From: Clostridia bacterium
Lineage (GTDB): Bacteria; Bacillota; Clostridia; CAKSNL01; HGM11501
Assembly (NCBI GenBank): GCA_045545475.1
Contig: JAZQAZ010000015.1
Span: 53,096-117,095 of the forward strand
Length of the DNA: 64,000 bases
Direction of reading: 5' to 3'
The translations under genes were made by a program, and so were the position numbers. Shown here one piece after another: positions 52,753 through 61,523 of this stretch. Each line of letters starts with the position of its first letter. Within the stretch, counting starts at the first letter, position 1. The notes under the pieces were generated by a model. It was given only the letters and a program-made list of their open reading frames with translations. It ran no database searches and was not told where the DNA came from.

Positions 52753-53778
52753 TCACTTACCTTCCTTTCCGAAGGCCTTTATGACCTTTACTATATTAAG
52801 TGCTGAGGGACATTTGTCAACACATCTGCCGCAGCCCACGCAGGAATACATTCCGTCGTTATTGGCAGGGAAATATACTAACTTGTGCATAAATCTCTGA
52901 CGGAAGCGCTGCATCTGGCTTGTTCTGTTGTTTCCGTGTGCCATCATTGTGAAATCCGAATACATACAGGAGTCCCAGCAGCGGTAACGCATAACGCCGT
53001 TACCTGTAGTATAGTCCTTTATGTCATAGCACTGACAGGTGGGGCAGGAAAACGTGCAGGTTCCGCAGGCCAAGCAGCCCTTATATAAATCCTCCCACAA
53101 CGGTGAATTGAACTTTTCGTCTGTTGCATCGCCGTCCCAGCCCTCAAGTGACAGATTGCTGTAGGGAAGCTTTTTTACTATTTCCTTTATTTTTGCCTTT
53201 TCTTCTTCAGTTTCCTTATCTCCGCCGTCGATTAAAAATTCACCGATAAGCTCTAAAAACTTTTCGCCCTTTTCGGTTTTAGCATCAAAGATTAATTCAT
53301 CGCCAACCATGTAATACACAGCATCGCCCAAAGGATTAGCTGCATCAATACCGAAAACTGAGCAGAAACAGCTCTCCTCAGGGAAAGAGCAGGCAGCAGT
53401 TACAATTACGCCGTGGTCACGTCTTGCGGCATAGAATGTGTCGATGGGTTCAGATAAAAACACTTTATCCAAAACCTCCAAGCCTGCAACGTCGCATCCT
53501 CTCATTCCGAAAACCACAAAATCGTGAGACTTAAGCTCTTCTGCAGTTATCTTCATTTTGCCTTCTTCTTTGGTGCAGGTGTATAAGGTTTCGCTCTGTG
53601 GAAAGAAAATATCCTTGGGTGATTTTACGGTTTTAAGTGTATCTAAATCCGCCTTTGTTCCTTCCTCATAAAGAGCGAAGTTTGTACCTGCTCCGATTTT
53701 TACGGGTACGTAGAGTTCATTTTTTCCGGAGATAAAGGAAAAGAGTGCATTAAGATTTTCTTTTTTAATCTTTTTCAT
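52753..53778 (-). CDS. flxB: FlxB-like 4Fe-4S protein (AsrA family)
   Basis: CLACGTCTFSCPTCQC, RCWDSC, RFMHKL, CVGCGRCVDKCP. Confidence 0.78.
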   Translation of the reverse strand: MKKIKKENLNALFSFISGKNELYVPVKIGAGTNFALYEEGTKADLDTLKTVKSPKDIFFPQSETLYTCTKEEGKMKITAEELKSHDFVVFGMRGCDVAGLEVLDKVFLSEPIDTFYAARRDHGVIVTAACSFPEESCFCSVFGIDAANPLGDAVYYMVGDELIFDAKTEKGEKFLELIGEFLIDGGDKETEEEKAKIKEIVKKLPYSNLSLEGWDGDATDEKFNSPLWEDLYKGCLACGTCTFSCPTCQCYDIKDYTTGNGVMRYRCWDSCMYSDFTMMAHGNNRTSQMQRFRQRFMHKLVYFPANNDGMYSCVGCGRCVDKCPSALNIVKVIKAFGKEGK

Positions 53779-53780
53779 TT

Positions 53781-54746
53781 TTATCTCCTTTCGTCAGGCT
53801 CTAAATCATCAAAGGTAAAGCTTGTGAGGGGTGCTTCATCCTCGATGTTTTCACCTGCATTATACTTTCCAAAATATGTGTCAATATCTTTTATAAACTT
53901 CTTGTTGAAAAGATAAAGCGGAATACCCTGTGGGCAAACACGGCTGCATTCGCCGCAGTCTGTGCATCTTCCCGCAACGTGGAAGGCTCTTATGATGTGG
54001 AACATCTTTTCTTCAAAGGAATCGGAGTTTGCCTTCTGCTCTGAGTCAAACTTAGCAGAATCAAACACGCACTTTCTGCAGGAGCATGCGGGGCATACGT
54101 TTCTGCAGGCGTTGCAACGGATACACTTTGAAAGTTCCGCCTTGAAGAAGGAAAATCTTTCTTCGGGTGTCATAGCTTCGATTTTTTCAACCTCGGAAAA
54201 TCTTTCTTCGTCGGCGGTATCTATGCTATCCCCTATTACCTCGTCATAAATTCTGTGTTCTTTGCCCTTGCACATATGGCATCTGCCAAGAAGTGCTTCC
54301 TTATAGGAAACTTCCTCTTCACCGTAAAGGGTTTTAACCTTAAGCGTTTCGTTTTCCGAAAACTCTTCCGCTCCCTCTATTTCAAGGATTCCCTTTACGC
54401 CCTTTGCCTTTATTTTTTCAATATCAAGCTTACCCTTACAGCCAACGCCTATTATATAGGCAGCTTCTCTTTTTACTCTGTTTTCCTTTAAGAGCTGGTT
54501 AAAGCTGTAGGTGTCGCAGGGCTTTAAGAATACAAGTGTTTTTCCTTCCAGCTTGGAAGCTTCAATCATAAATTTGCTTAAATTTGCACCTGAAAATCCG
54601 TCATAGATAAAGTCTTGAAGTTCTTCTGCACTGTTAAAGAAATAAGGCTCGTGGTTATATCCCATATCCCCTTTTTTCCAGCCGAGGACTCTTTTAACTT
54701 CGCCGCTATTAAGAAGCTCTTTTGCTCTTTCAATCAGTCTTTGCAT
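53781..54746 (-). CDS. flxC: FlxC-like 4Fe-4S protein (FrhB/FdhB-like N-terminus)
   Basis: LKPCD, CIRCNACRNVCPACSC, HVAGRCTDCGECSRVCP. Confidence 0.75.
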   Translation of the reverse strand: MQRLIERAKELLNSGEVKRVLGWKKGDMGYNHEPYFFNSAEELQDFIYDGFSGANLSKFMIEASKLEGKTLVFLKPCDTYSFNQLLKENRVKREAAYIIGVGCKGKLDIEKIKAKGVKGILEIEGAEEFSENETLKVKTLYGEEEVSYKEALLGRCHMCKGKEHRIYDEVIGDSIDTADEERFSEVEKIEAMTPEERFSFFKAELSKCIRCNACRNVCPACSCRKCVFDSAKFDSEQKANSDSFEEKMFHIIRAFHVAGRCTDCGECSRVCPQGIPLYLFNKKFIKDIDTYFGKYNAGENIEDEAPLTSFTFDDLEPDERR

Positions 54747-55174
54747 CTTAAGTCCTCCAATCTTACGTTTTTACCAAGGGATTTTATCTTATCGACAAAT
54801 TCTGTCATTGTCTGTGAAAATTTAACACCCTCTGCCGCAGATACCCATTCGACTCTTGTTCTGCCACGCTCAACACCGATAAAGTCAAGCATTGAAAATA
54901 ACAGCGTCATACGGCGTCTTGCGTAGTAGTTACCTGTTGAATAGTGGCAATCGCCGGGGTGACATCCGCAGATTATAACTCCGTCCGCTCCCTTTTCAAA
55001 GGCACGTAGAATAAACATGGGATTAACACGGCAGGAGCAGGGTACTCTTATAATTTTAACGTCGGCACTGTAGGAAAGACGGCTGCTTCCCGCAAGGTCG
55101 GCACCGGCATAGGAACACCAGTTGCAGCAAAATGCCACAATCTTCGGCTTAAATTCTTCGTTTGTTAACGGCAT
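54734..55174 (-). CDS. mvhD: MvhD/FlxD 2Fe-2S subunit
   Basis: AFCCNWCSYAGAD, RVPCSCRV, GCHPGDCHY..GN, WVSAAEG; start ATG 55174. Confidence 0.92.
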   Translation of the reverse strand: MPLTNEEFKPKIVAFCCNWCSYAGADLAGSSRLSYSADVKIIRVPCSCRVNPMFILRAFEKGADGVIICGCHPGDCHYSTGNYYARRRMTLLFSMLDFIGVERGRTRVEWVSAAEGVKFSQTMTEFVDKIKSLGKNVRLEDLRCKD

Positions 55175-57153
55175 ATTGCATCCACCTCCGCTATAATCTG
55201 TCTGTTGGAAAAGCCCTGAAGATCCATCGAACCCGAGGGACAGGTTACGGTGCAGGCACCGCATCCCTGACAAAGAGCGTTGTTCACAACCGCAACGCGT
55301 CTTTCTTCCTTAATTCCGTGGTCATTTACAAGCTTTACTTCATAGGAAATTGCACCGTAGGGGCAAACCTTTGCACAATTTCCGCATCCGTTACACATAA
55401 GCTCATCAGCTTTTGCGGTGCAGGGATTCGTCATAAGCTTATCCTTTGCAAGCAAGCCTATCGCCTTTACTGCCGCCGCACCCGCCTGAGCAACTGTTTC
55501 GGGAATGTCCTTTGGTCCCTGGCATACACCGGATAAGAACACACCTGCTGTGGGTGATTCCACGGGGCGGAGCTTGGGATGAGCCTCCGTCAAGAAATTA
55601 TTTGTATCAATACTTGCAGTAAGCATTGTTGCAATGCTTCTTACGGAAGGATCGGGCTCAATTGCCGCAGCTAAAACAACCATATCCGCTTTCTTTTTAA
55701 TCTGCTCGTTTGAAAGCAGATCGACGCCGTTAACAAGCAATGTTCCGTCGCTTTCGACACATACCTTACCAACCTGACCTTTTATATAGTTAACGCCGTA
55801 CTCTTCCACCGCACGGCGGTAAAACTCGTCAAAGTTTTTACCGGGTGTTCTGACATCAATATAAAATACGGTTACGTTTACATCCGGGTATTTATCACGA
55901 ATGAGCATAGCGTGCTTTGCAGTGTACATACAGCAAATTTTGGAGCAATAGCTCTTTCCTCGCTCGTCATTGCATCTGCTTCCCACACACTGAATGAATA
56001 CGATTTCCTTGGGTGCTTTGCCGTCGGAAAGGCGTTCCAAGTGTCCCTTCGTGGGGCCTGCCGCATTCATAATACGTTCAAGCTCCAAGCTTGTAACAAC
56101 ATCTTTGCTCTCGCCGTAGGCATATTCGCCGTACTTATCAAGCTTTATCATATCAAAGCCCGTTGCAACAACAATTGCACCGTACTTTTCGGTTATGATT
56201 TCGTCCTTCTGACTATAATCTATCGCCTTTGCCTGACAAACCTTTTCACAGATGCCGCACTTACCCGTCTTGAACTTTGTGCAATGCTCTGTATCAATTA
56301 CGGGAACGTTGGGAATTGCCTGAGCAAAGGGGGTGTAAATAGCACTTCTTAAATTAAGTCCCTGGTTAAACTCGCTCTTTGCCTTTTTGGAGGGGCATTT
56401 ATCCTGACAGACACCGCAGCCTGTGCACTTTGTCATATCAACATATCTTGCTTTTTTACGGATATCCACGGTAAAGTCGCCGACAAAGCCCGACACCTTT
56501 TCAATCTCGCTATATGTATAGATATTGATTTTCTCGTGGGCTGCTGCCTCCACCATTTTGGGCGTTAAAATACAAGCCGAGCAGTCAAGTGTGGGGAAAG
56601 TTTTATCAAGCTGTGCCATTTTTCCGCCTATAGAGGGTGTTTTTTCAACAATATCAACCTCATAGCCTGCATCTGCAATATCAAGAGCCGACTGAATTCC
56701 CGCTATACCGCCACCTATTACTAAAGCACGCTTTGTAACACGGCTTTCACCGGGCATCAGGGGCGTATTAAGGTTTACCTTTGCAACTGCGGCACGGGCC
56801 AAAACGATTGCCTTTTCAGTTGCCTCGGTTATATCCTTATGAATCCAGGAGCAATGCTCACGGATGTTGGCAATTTCAACCATATAAGGATTGAGACCTG
56901 CACGCTCTGCCGCCTTTCTGAAGGTTCCTTCGTGCATACGGGGTGAGCAGGAGCATACAACGATTCCCGAAAGCTCCTTTTCCTTGATGGCGGCGGCAAT
57001 TAATGCCTGACCTGCCTCGGAACACATATATGCATAGTCCTCGGCGTGAACAACACCTGGCTCTTCTTTTATTATTTCAACAACTTTTTTAACGTCAACC
57101 GTTGCGGCGATATTACTTCCGCAATGGCAGACAAAAACTCCGATTCTCTGCAT
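55165..57153 (-). CDS. hdrA: Heterodisulfide reductase subunit A (bifurcating FAD)
   Basis: GVFVCHCGSNI, CSCSP, NIREHCSW, GGGIAG, DKTFPTLDC, YCSKICC, CQGPKDI; start ATG 57153. Confidence 0.95.
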   Translation of the reverse strand: MQRIGVFVCHCGSNIAATVDVKKVVEIIKEEPGVVHAEDYAYMCSEAGQALIAAAIKEKELSGIVVCSCSPRMHEGTFRKAAERAGLNPYMVEIANIREHCSWIHKDITEATEKAIVLARAAVAKVNLNTPLMPGESRVTKRALVIGGGIAGIQSALDIADAGYEVDIVEKTPSIGGKMAQLDKTFPTLDCSACILTPKMVEAAAHEKINIYTYSEIEKVSGFVGDFTVDIRKKARYVDMTKCTGCGVCQDKCPSKKAKSEFNQGLNLRSAIYTPFAQAIPNVPVIDTEHCTKFKTGKCGICEKVCQAKAIDYSQKDEIITEKYGAIVVATGFDMIKLDKYGEYAYGESKDVVTSLELERIMNAAGPTKGHLERLSDGKAPKEIVFIQCVGSRCNDERGKSYCSKICCMYTAKHAMLIRDKYPDVNVTVFYIDVRTPGKNFDEFYRRAVEEYGVNYIKGQVGKVCVESDGTLLVNGVDLLSNEQIKKKADMVVLAAAIEPDPSVRSIATMLTASIDTNNFLTEAHPKLRPVESPTAGVFLSGVCQGPKDIPETVAQAGAAAVKAIGLLAKDKLMTNPCTAKADELMCNGCGNCAKVCPYGAISYEVKLVNDHGIKEERRVAVVNNALCQGCGACTVTCPSGSMDLQGFSNRQIIAEVDAICR

Positions 57154-57157
57154 TTTG

Positions 57158-57547
57158 TCACCTCTTAAATCTTCTGAAAGCACTCATCAAAAGCTGCTGA
57201 GGAGTGTCTTCATCAATAAGGTTTGGAATTTCTTCTGCTTTAAGCAAATCTTTACCCTTTTCTCTTATTACAACCTGTCTTGCGGCATCAATAAGTCTTC
57301 CGGGCTCAACGCCTCTCGGGCAACGCTCGATGCAGGCAAAGCAGGATAAGCAACGCTCCAGAGTTTTGCTTTCAGCCAGTGCTTCAATATTTCCCTTTTC
57401 AACGTAGGACACAAACATATGAGGCTTTATATCCATTTCGTCAAAGGCGGGGCATGTTGCGGAGCATTTTCCGCACTTCATGCATTTTGAAGGATTGGCA
57501 CCGCTTATTTCCTTTATCTTTTCCTTTGCATATGTCTTATCCATCAT
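57158..57547 (-). CDS. hdrC: Heterodisulfide reductase subunit C
   Basis: CMKCGKCSATCP, CLSCFACIERCP. Confidence 0.88.
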   Translation of the reverse strand: MMDKTYAKEKIKEISGANPSKCMKCGKCSATCPAFDEMDIKPHMFVSYVEKGNIEALAESKTLERCLSCFACIERCPRGVEPGRLIDAARQVVIREKGKDLLKAEEIPNLIDEDTPQQLLMSAFRRFKR

Positions 57548-58329
57548 TCACCCTCCTTTACGCCGAGAGCTTCGGCAAGAAGCTCGGTAAAGTAAACTAC
57601 GGGGATTTCCGATCCGTTTTTCTTTAAGTTATACATACATAAGGGGCAGGCCGTAATTAACATATCGGCTGAAAAGTCTTTTGCACTGTCTGATATTTTT
57701 TTGCACATCTTTTCACTTGTTTCGTTATCCTTAAGGCTTATGTAGCCGCCGCAGCACTCGTTACGGTAGGGATAAACTACCGCTTCTGCTCCGAGAGCTT
57801 TTATGAAATCCTCCATAATGGTGGGGTTTTCGGGGTCGTCAAAAGCCATAACCTTGCCGGGACGAAGAAGCAGACATCCGTAGTAAGCGCCGATTTTCTT
57901 TCCCGTAAGAGGATTTTTAACAGCTTCTCTTAATTTGTCAAAGCCGACCTTATCACGGAGAACTTCAAGATAGTGAAGCACGTTGGTTTCACCTGCGTAA
58001 GCTTCGGCAAGTCCCATATAGTTATTTGCCTTCTCTCTTATGGAAGAATCTGTTTTTATATCATTATTTACTCTTTTTATAACATGATGGCAGGCAGAGC
58101 AGACGGTAACCAAATCCTCTCCCTTTTCCTTTGCGGCATTAAGTGCACGTACGGAGGATAGCTTTGTTGCAATTTCGTCCTTGCTTAAGGGATATACTCC
58201 CCCACAGCACTGCCAGTCTTCAATTTCCGTAAGGCTGAAGTCCAAAACCTCGGCACACTTTTTAGCATATACATCAAGCTCTTTAGCCTTGGTTTTTAAC
58301 GTACAACCGGGATAGTAACTAAAGTTCAT
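57544..58329 (-). CDS. hdrB: Heterodisulfide reductase subunit B (CCG domains)
   Basis: YYPGC..CCGG..CSAC and YYGC..CCGG..ACPLC. Confidence 0.92.
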   Translation of the reverse strand: MNFSYYPGCTLKTKAKELDVYAKKCAEVLDFSLTEIEDWQCCGGVYPLSKDEIATKLSSVRALNAAKEKGEDLVTVCSACHHVIKRVNNDIKTDSSIREKANNYMGLAEAYAGETNVLHYLEVLRDKVGFDKLREAVKNPLTGKKIGAYYGCLLLRPGKVMAFDDPENPTIMEDFIKALGAEAVVYPYRNECCGGYISLKDNETSEKMCKKISDSAKDFSADMLITACPLCMYNLKKNGSEIPVVYFTELLAEALGVKEGE

Positions 58330-58341
58330 CTTGTTGCCTCC

Positions 58342-59289
58342 TCAGATTTTTATATGTCTCATTGTTTCACGAAGCTTATCCGCACTTGCGTGAAGCTTTG
58401 TAAGTTCTTCATTTGTAAGTCTCACAGGCATTTTACCCTGTACGCCGTTTGGTCCGATAATAGTAAGGGTGCTAAGGCAGATATCCTCAAGGCCGTATTC
58501 GCCGTGCATCATTGATGAAACCGTATTTATGGAATCATAAGCAGAAAGTAACATTCTGCAAAGACGGCATACGGAAACTGATACCGCATAGTAGGTTGCA
58601 CCCTTGTACTTTATAATTTCACCGCCCGAAGTGTGCACATATTCTTCCATGGAATCACGGTCAAGATAGCTTGAATATTTACCTGCCTCTGTCATTACCT
58701 CGATGTACTCATCAAGCATAGCACCTGATATCTGTGTACAGCTCCAGGGTACGAAGGACGAATCGCCGTGCTCGCCGAAAACATAGGCATGGATGTTTTT
58801 CTGTGCTATGTTAAAGTGCTCGGAAAGGGCAAAACGAAGTCTTGCCGTATCAAGAAGCGTTCCCGAGCCTATTATCTGATTTTCGGGAAGTCCGGAAATT
58901 TTTGTAAATACATAAGTTATTATATCAACGGGATTACTTACGATAACATATAAGGCATTGGGAGCAACGCTTACAATGGAAGGCGTAATTGACTTTATAA
59001 TGTCAACGTTGGTCTGCGTAAGCTCAAGGCGCGTCTGTCCCGGCTTTCTCGCAATACCCGATGTGATAATTACAATGTCAGAATCTCTGGCATCCTCATA
59101 GTCTCCCGAAATTACGGAAATAGGGTCACGGAAGCAGGTTCCCTGGATAATATCCATAACCTCGCCCTCCGCCTTGTCCTTATTTACGTCGATTAAAACG
59201 ATTTCGCTTGCAAGATCCTCCATTGAAAGAGTGTAGGCAATTGTGGAGCCTACGCTTCCTGCACCTATAATAGTAATTTTTCTGCTCAT
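58342..59289 (-). CDS. mdh: LDH/MDH family dehydrogenase, most likely malate dehydrogenase
   Basis: GAGSVG, SGIARKPG (Arg at the specificity position; LDH has Gln), NPVD, LDTARLR, GEHGD; start ATG 59289. Confidence 0.75.
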   Translation of the reverse strand: MSRKITIIGAGSVGSTIAYTLSMEDLASEIVLIDVNKDKAEGEVMDIIQGTCFRDPISVISGDYEDARDSDIVIITSGIARKPGQTRLELTQTNVDIIKSITPSIVSVAPNALYVIVSNPVDIITYVFTKISGLPENQIIGSGTLLDTARLRFALSEHFNIAQKNIHAYVFGEHGDSSFVPWSCTQISGAMLDEYIEVMTEAGKYSSYLDRDSMEEYVHTSGGEIIKYKGATYYAVSVSVCRLCRMLLSAYDSINTVSSMMHGEYGLEDICLSTLTIIGPNGVQGKMPVRLTNEELTKLHASADKLRETMRHIKI

Positions 59290-59360
59290 TTCATCCGGTC
59301 CTTTCCTGAATGTTCTGATGGTAAAGATTCCCGCAAATATGCGGTTTTTCACCATTTATC

Positions 59361-59389
59361 ATTTTAACACATTGAAGTTTTTTTGTCAA
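59361..59389 (-). promoter_or_regulatory. sigmaA promoter of mdh-hdr-flx-frd-fum operon
   Basis: TTGACA-17-TAAAAT. Confidence 0.75.
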
Positions 59390-59451
59390 ACTTTTTACCC
59401 TTTTTTAGGGTCCTTTTTTATATATTTCCCAAAGTTGCACAAAAAGATATA

Positions 59452-59485
59452 AAAACCAATTGTTAAATTTATAACAATTGGTTTT
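59452..59485. promoter_or_regulatory. Palindrome containing Rex-like operator (TTGTTAA-ATTT-ATAACAA, 59460-59477)
   Basis: One mismatch to clostridial Rex consensus TTGTTAA-N4-TTAACAA; 14-bp arms overall. Confidence 0.45.
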
Positions 59486-59493
59486 CTGCACAC

Positions 59494-59520
59494 AAAAAAC
59501 GAAGGCTTTCGCCTTCGTTT
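59494..59520 (-). terminator. Terminator after 6S RNA
   Basis: aaacgaaggc-tttc-gccttcgttt plus T-tract on the minus strand. Confidence 0.75.
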
Positions 59521-59531
59521 AAGTTTGTAAC

Positions 59532-59710
59532 ATCCCCCGCATGAACCGTCTTGTACGCTTATTCAAACCTGCTCTCGCAGGTGGGCAATCCTACATCTGC
59601 TCCTGGGCTTCCTACCCGTAGCAGGCTTGCACGCCACAGATAATTCAGGATTTCCCTTAAAAAATGTGTTGGTTTAAATAGGGGCGTACTCTCTCGAGAG
59701 CCGCAGGGAT
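59532..59710 (-). ncRNA. ssrS: 6S RNA
   Basis: ~180 nt, ends pair (AUCCCUGCG...GCGGGGGAU); motifs AACCAACACAUU, UGGCGUGCAAGCC, AGGAAGCC, CCCACCUGCGAGAGCAGGUU typical of clostridial 6S. Confidence 0.85.
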
Positions 59711-59774
59711 AAAATCAAATGAGAAATGAGAAATTAGTAATGTGTAATTAAATTATATGCTTAATTTATACTAA

Positions 59775-60077
59775 TTATTCAAAATCAAATTCGTCTGCGT
59801 TGTTTTCCTTGAAGATATCGTATACCTTGTTTAATACGTCGTTATCTTCAACGCCTGCAAAAAGCCAGGCTTCTTCATCGTCAGACTCATCATCGGGAAT
59901 CATTTCCATAATTAAAACTGTTCCGTCCTCATCGTCAACGGGAATAACAACAGCATACTGCTTACCCTCGTATTCAACGCTGTCAAGCCATTCGCATGAA
60001 ATTTCCTTGTTTTCTTCTTCATCAAACAAAACGATTATGTTTTCTTCGATAACTTCGTTCTTTTCAATATCTGCCAT
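59775..60077 (-). CDS. DUF1292 family acidic protein
   Basis: IIVLFDEE..CEWLDSVEYEGKQYAVVIP..LNKVYDIF. Confidence 0.8.
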   Translation of the reverse strand: MADIEKNEVIEENIIVLFDEEENKEISCEWLDSVEYEGKQYAVVIPVDDEDGTVLIMEMIPDDESDDEEAWLFAGVEDNDVLNKVYDIFKENNADEFDFE

Positions 60078-60146
60078 ATCAATTCTCCTTTTACTTTAGT
60101 AAATATAATTTTATACTAAAGTTGCCGTTCTGTCAATAGGTTGAAT

Positions 60147-61520
60147 TTAATTTAATCCGACAAATTCTTCAATGTCGCACACAACTCCGAAGTCTGCATA
60201 ATCAAAAATCCGTGCGTCCTTATCGTTATTTACGGCAATTACATACTTCGCACCCTCATACCCAACAGTGTGATGTGCCGCACCTGATATTCCAAGAGCA
60301 ACATAAACTTTTGGAGAAACCTTTTTTCCCGTTAAGCCCACCTGATGCTCATAAGGTGCTTTTCCCGTATCAACAAGGCCACGGCTTGCCGCCATTTCGG
60401 CACCCAGGCTTTCCGCAAAAATCTTAACCTTATCAAGACTGTTTTTTGCACCCTTACCGACAGATATAACAATGTCGGCACTCTTCGTTTCGCACCTCAC
60501 CGTTGCCATCTGCGGAAGAGTTCTGCATTCGATTTTCGCATAGACATCCCCACTCATTGCAGGACGGTACATATAAAGCTTTTCGCCGTCGGTCTCAAGG
60601 TTAGTACAGTCGGCACAAAGTCCGGTTTCCAGCATTGCGGAAACAATCGGTGCCGTTCGTCTTCCCCATAAATCCGCATTCCAGAGAACAACCTTTGCAT
60701 TTTCCGCCTTAAGATATTCTGCTATTTCTCCTGCACTATTCTTTTCGATTTCAACCACGTTATCAGAAAGCTTTTTTGCAACAGGTAAAACTTCTTTTCC
60801 CACTGCATAAATTTTAGGAAGCTTTATTTCAGATTCCTTTATTTCTTCCTTTTCGGCACTTTCCGCCGAAAGCTTTTTTATCAAAGGAATAAGTTCTTCC
60901 TTTTGGATAAAGCGGCAATGCCTCATTTTATCCTCACTTTGGAAAACCTTTAATACTTTTGTGGGAGAGCCTGAAAGTCCGCACTTATTAACATCTGCTC
61001 CAACCGCGGAATTATCCCACACAGTGACTTCCCCCACCTTTGAGCGGATAGAAGGAAAGCGAAGCTCTGCTATTCTTTCAACAGTAATTAAGCAGGGAAG
61101 ACTTACTTCTTCCTCCCCCATTCTGGTTTTGCACTTTACCTTATCGCTTACTTCCGTTATCTCCATTACATTTGTTATTACAGGAATATCCAACATAGCA
61201 GACAAGCAAGGTCCGACCTGTGCAGTATCGCCGTCTACGGTCTGTCTGCCGCAAATTATAAGGTCATAATCTATTTTAGAAAATGCCGAAGAGAGTATGT
61301 GGCTTGTAGCAAGCGTGTCACTTCCCGCATAAACGCTGTCAGTAAGTAAAATTACCTTTGCACCAAGGCGTGTAAGTGCCAAAAGTGCATCCTTGCCTGA
61401 TGGCGGACACATACTTATAACGGTTACATCGTCTGACAGTCTTAAAGCACATTCCAATGCCGATGCATCGAAGGGATTTATATCTCCCTTTATTATTTTA
61501 ACACAAACTGCAATTTTCAT
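60147..61520 (-). CDS. Fused electron transfer flavoprotein beta-alpha (EtfB-EtfA)
   Basis: N-half VCVK..INPFD, AGSDTLATS, GRQTVDGDTAQVGP; C-half GLCADC, RPAMSG, AASRGLVD, QVGLTG, GISGAAHH. Confidence 0.88.
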   Translation of the reverse strand: MKIAVCVKIIKGDINPFDASALECALRLSDDVTVISMCPPSGKDALLALTRLGAKVILLTDSVYAGSDTLATSHILSSAFSKIDYDLIICGRQTVDGDTAQVGPCLSAMLDIPVITNVMEITEVSDKVKCKTRMGEEEVSLPCLITVERIAELRFPSIRSKVGEVTVWDNSAVGADVNKCGLSGSPTKVLKVFQSEDKMRHCRFIQKEELIPLIKKLSAESAEKEEIKESEIKLPKIYAVGKEVLPVAKKLSDNVVEIEKNSAGEIAEYLKAENAKVVLWNADLWGRRTAPIVSAMLETGLCADCTNLETDGEKLYMYRPAMSGDVYAKIECRTLPQMATVRCETKSADIVISVGKGAKNSLDKVKIFAESLGAEMAASRGLVDTGKAPYEHQVGLTGKKVSPKVYVALGISGAAHHTVGYEGAKYVIAVNNDKDARIFDYADFGVVCDIEEFVGLN

Positions 61521-61523
61521 TTA

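Noticed and set aside
51897-53778. AsrA/AsrB-like genes suggesting anaerobic sulfite reductase
   Set aside because: No AsrC siroheme subunit; the hdrABC-mvhD context indicates FlxAB
55165-58329. hdrABC as a sign of a methanogen or sulfate reducer, or of contamination
   Set aside because: Codon style, promoters and flanking ctsR/6S are clostridial; no mcr/dsr genes in the window
12940-59355. Longer upstream starts in the ORF track (e.g. 12988, 15944, 40884, 48476, 51216, 55273, 57183, 59355)
   Set aside because: Downstream ATGs have clear RBSs and give family-typical N-termini or signal peptides
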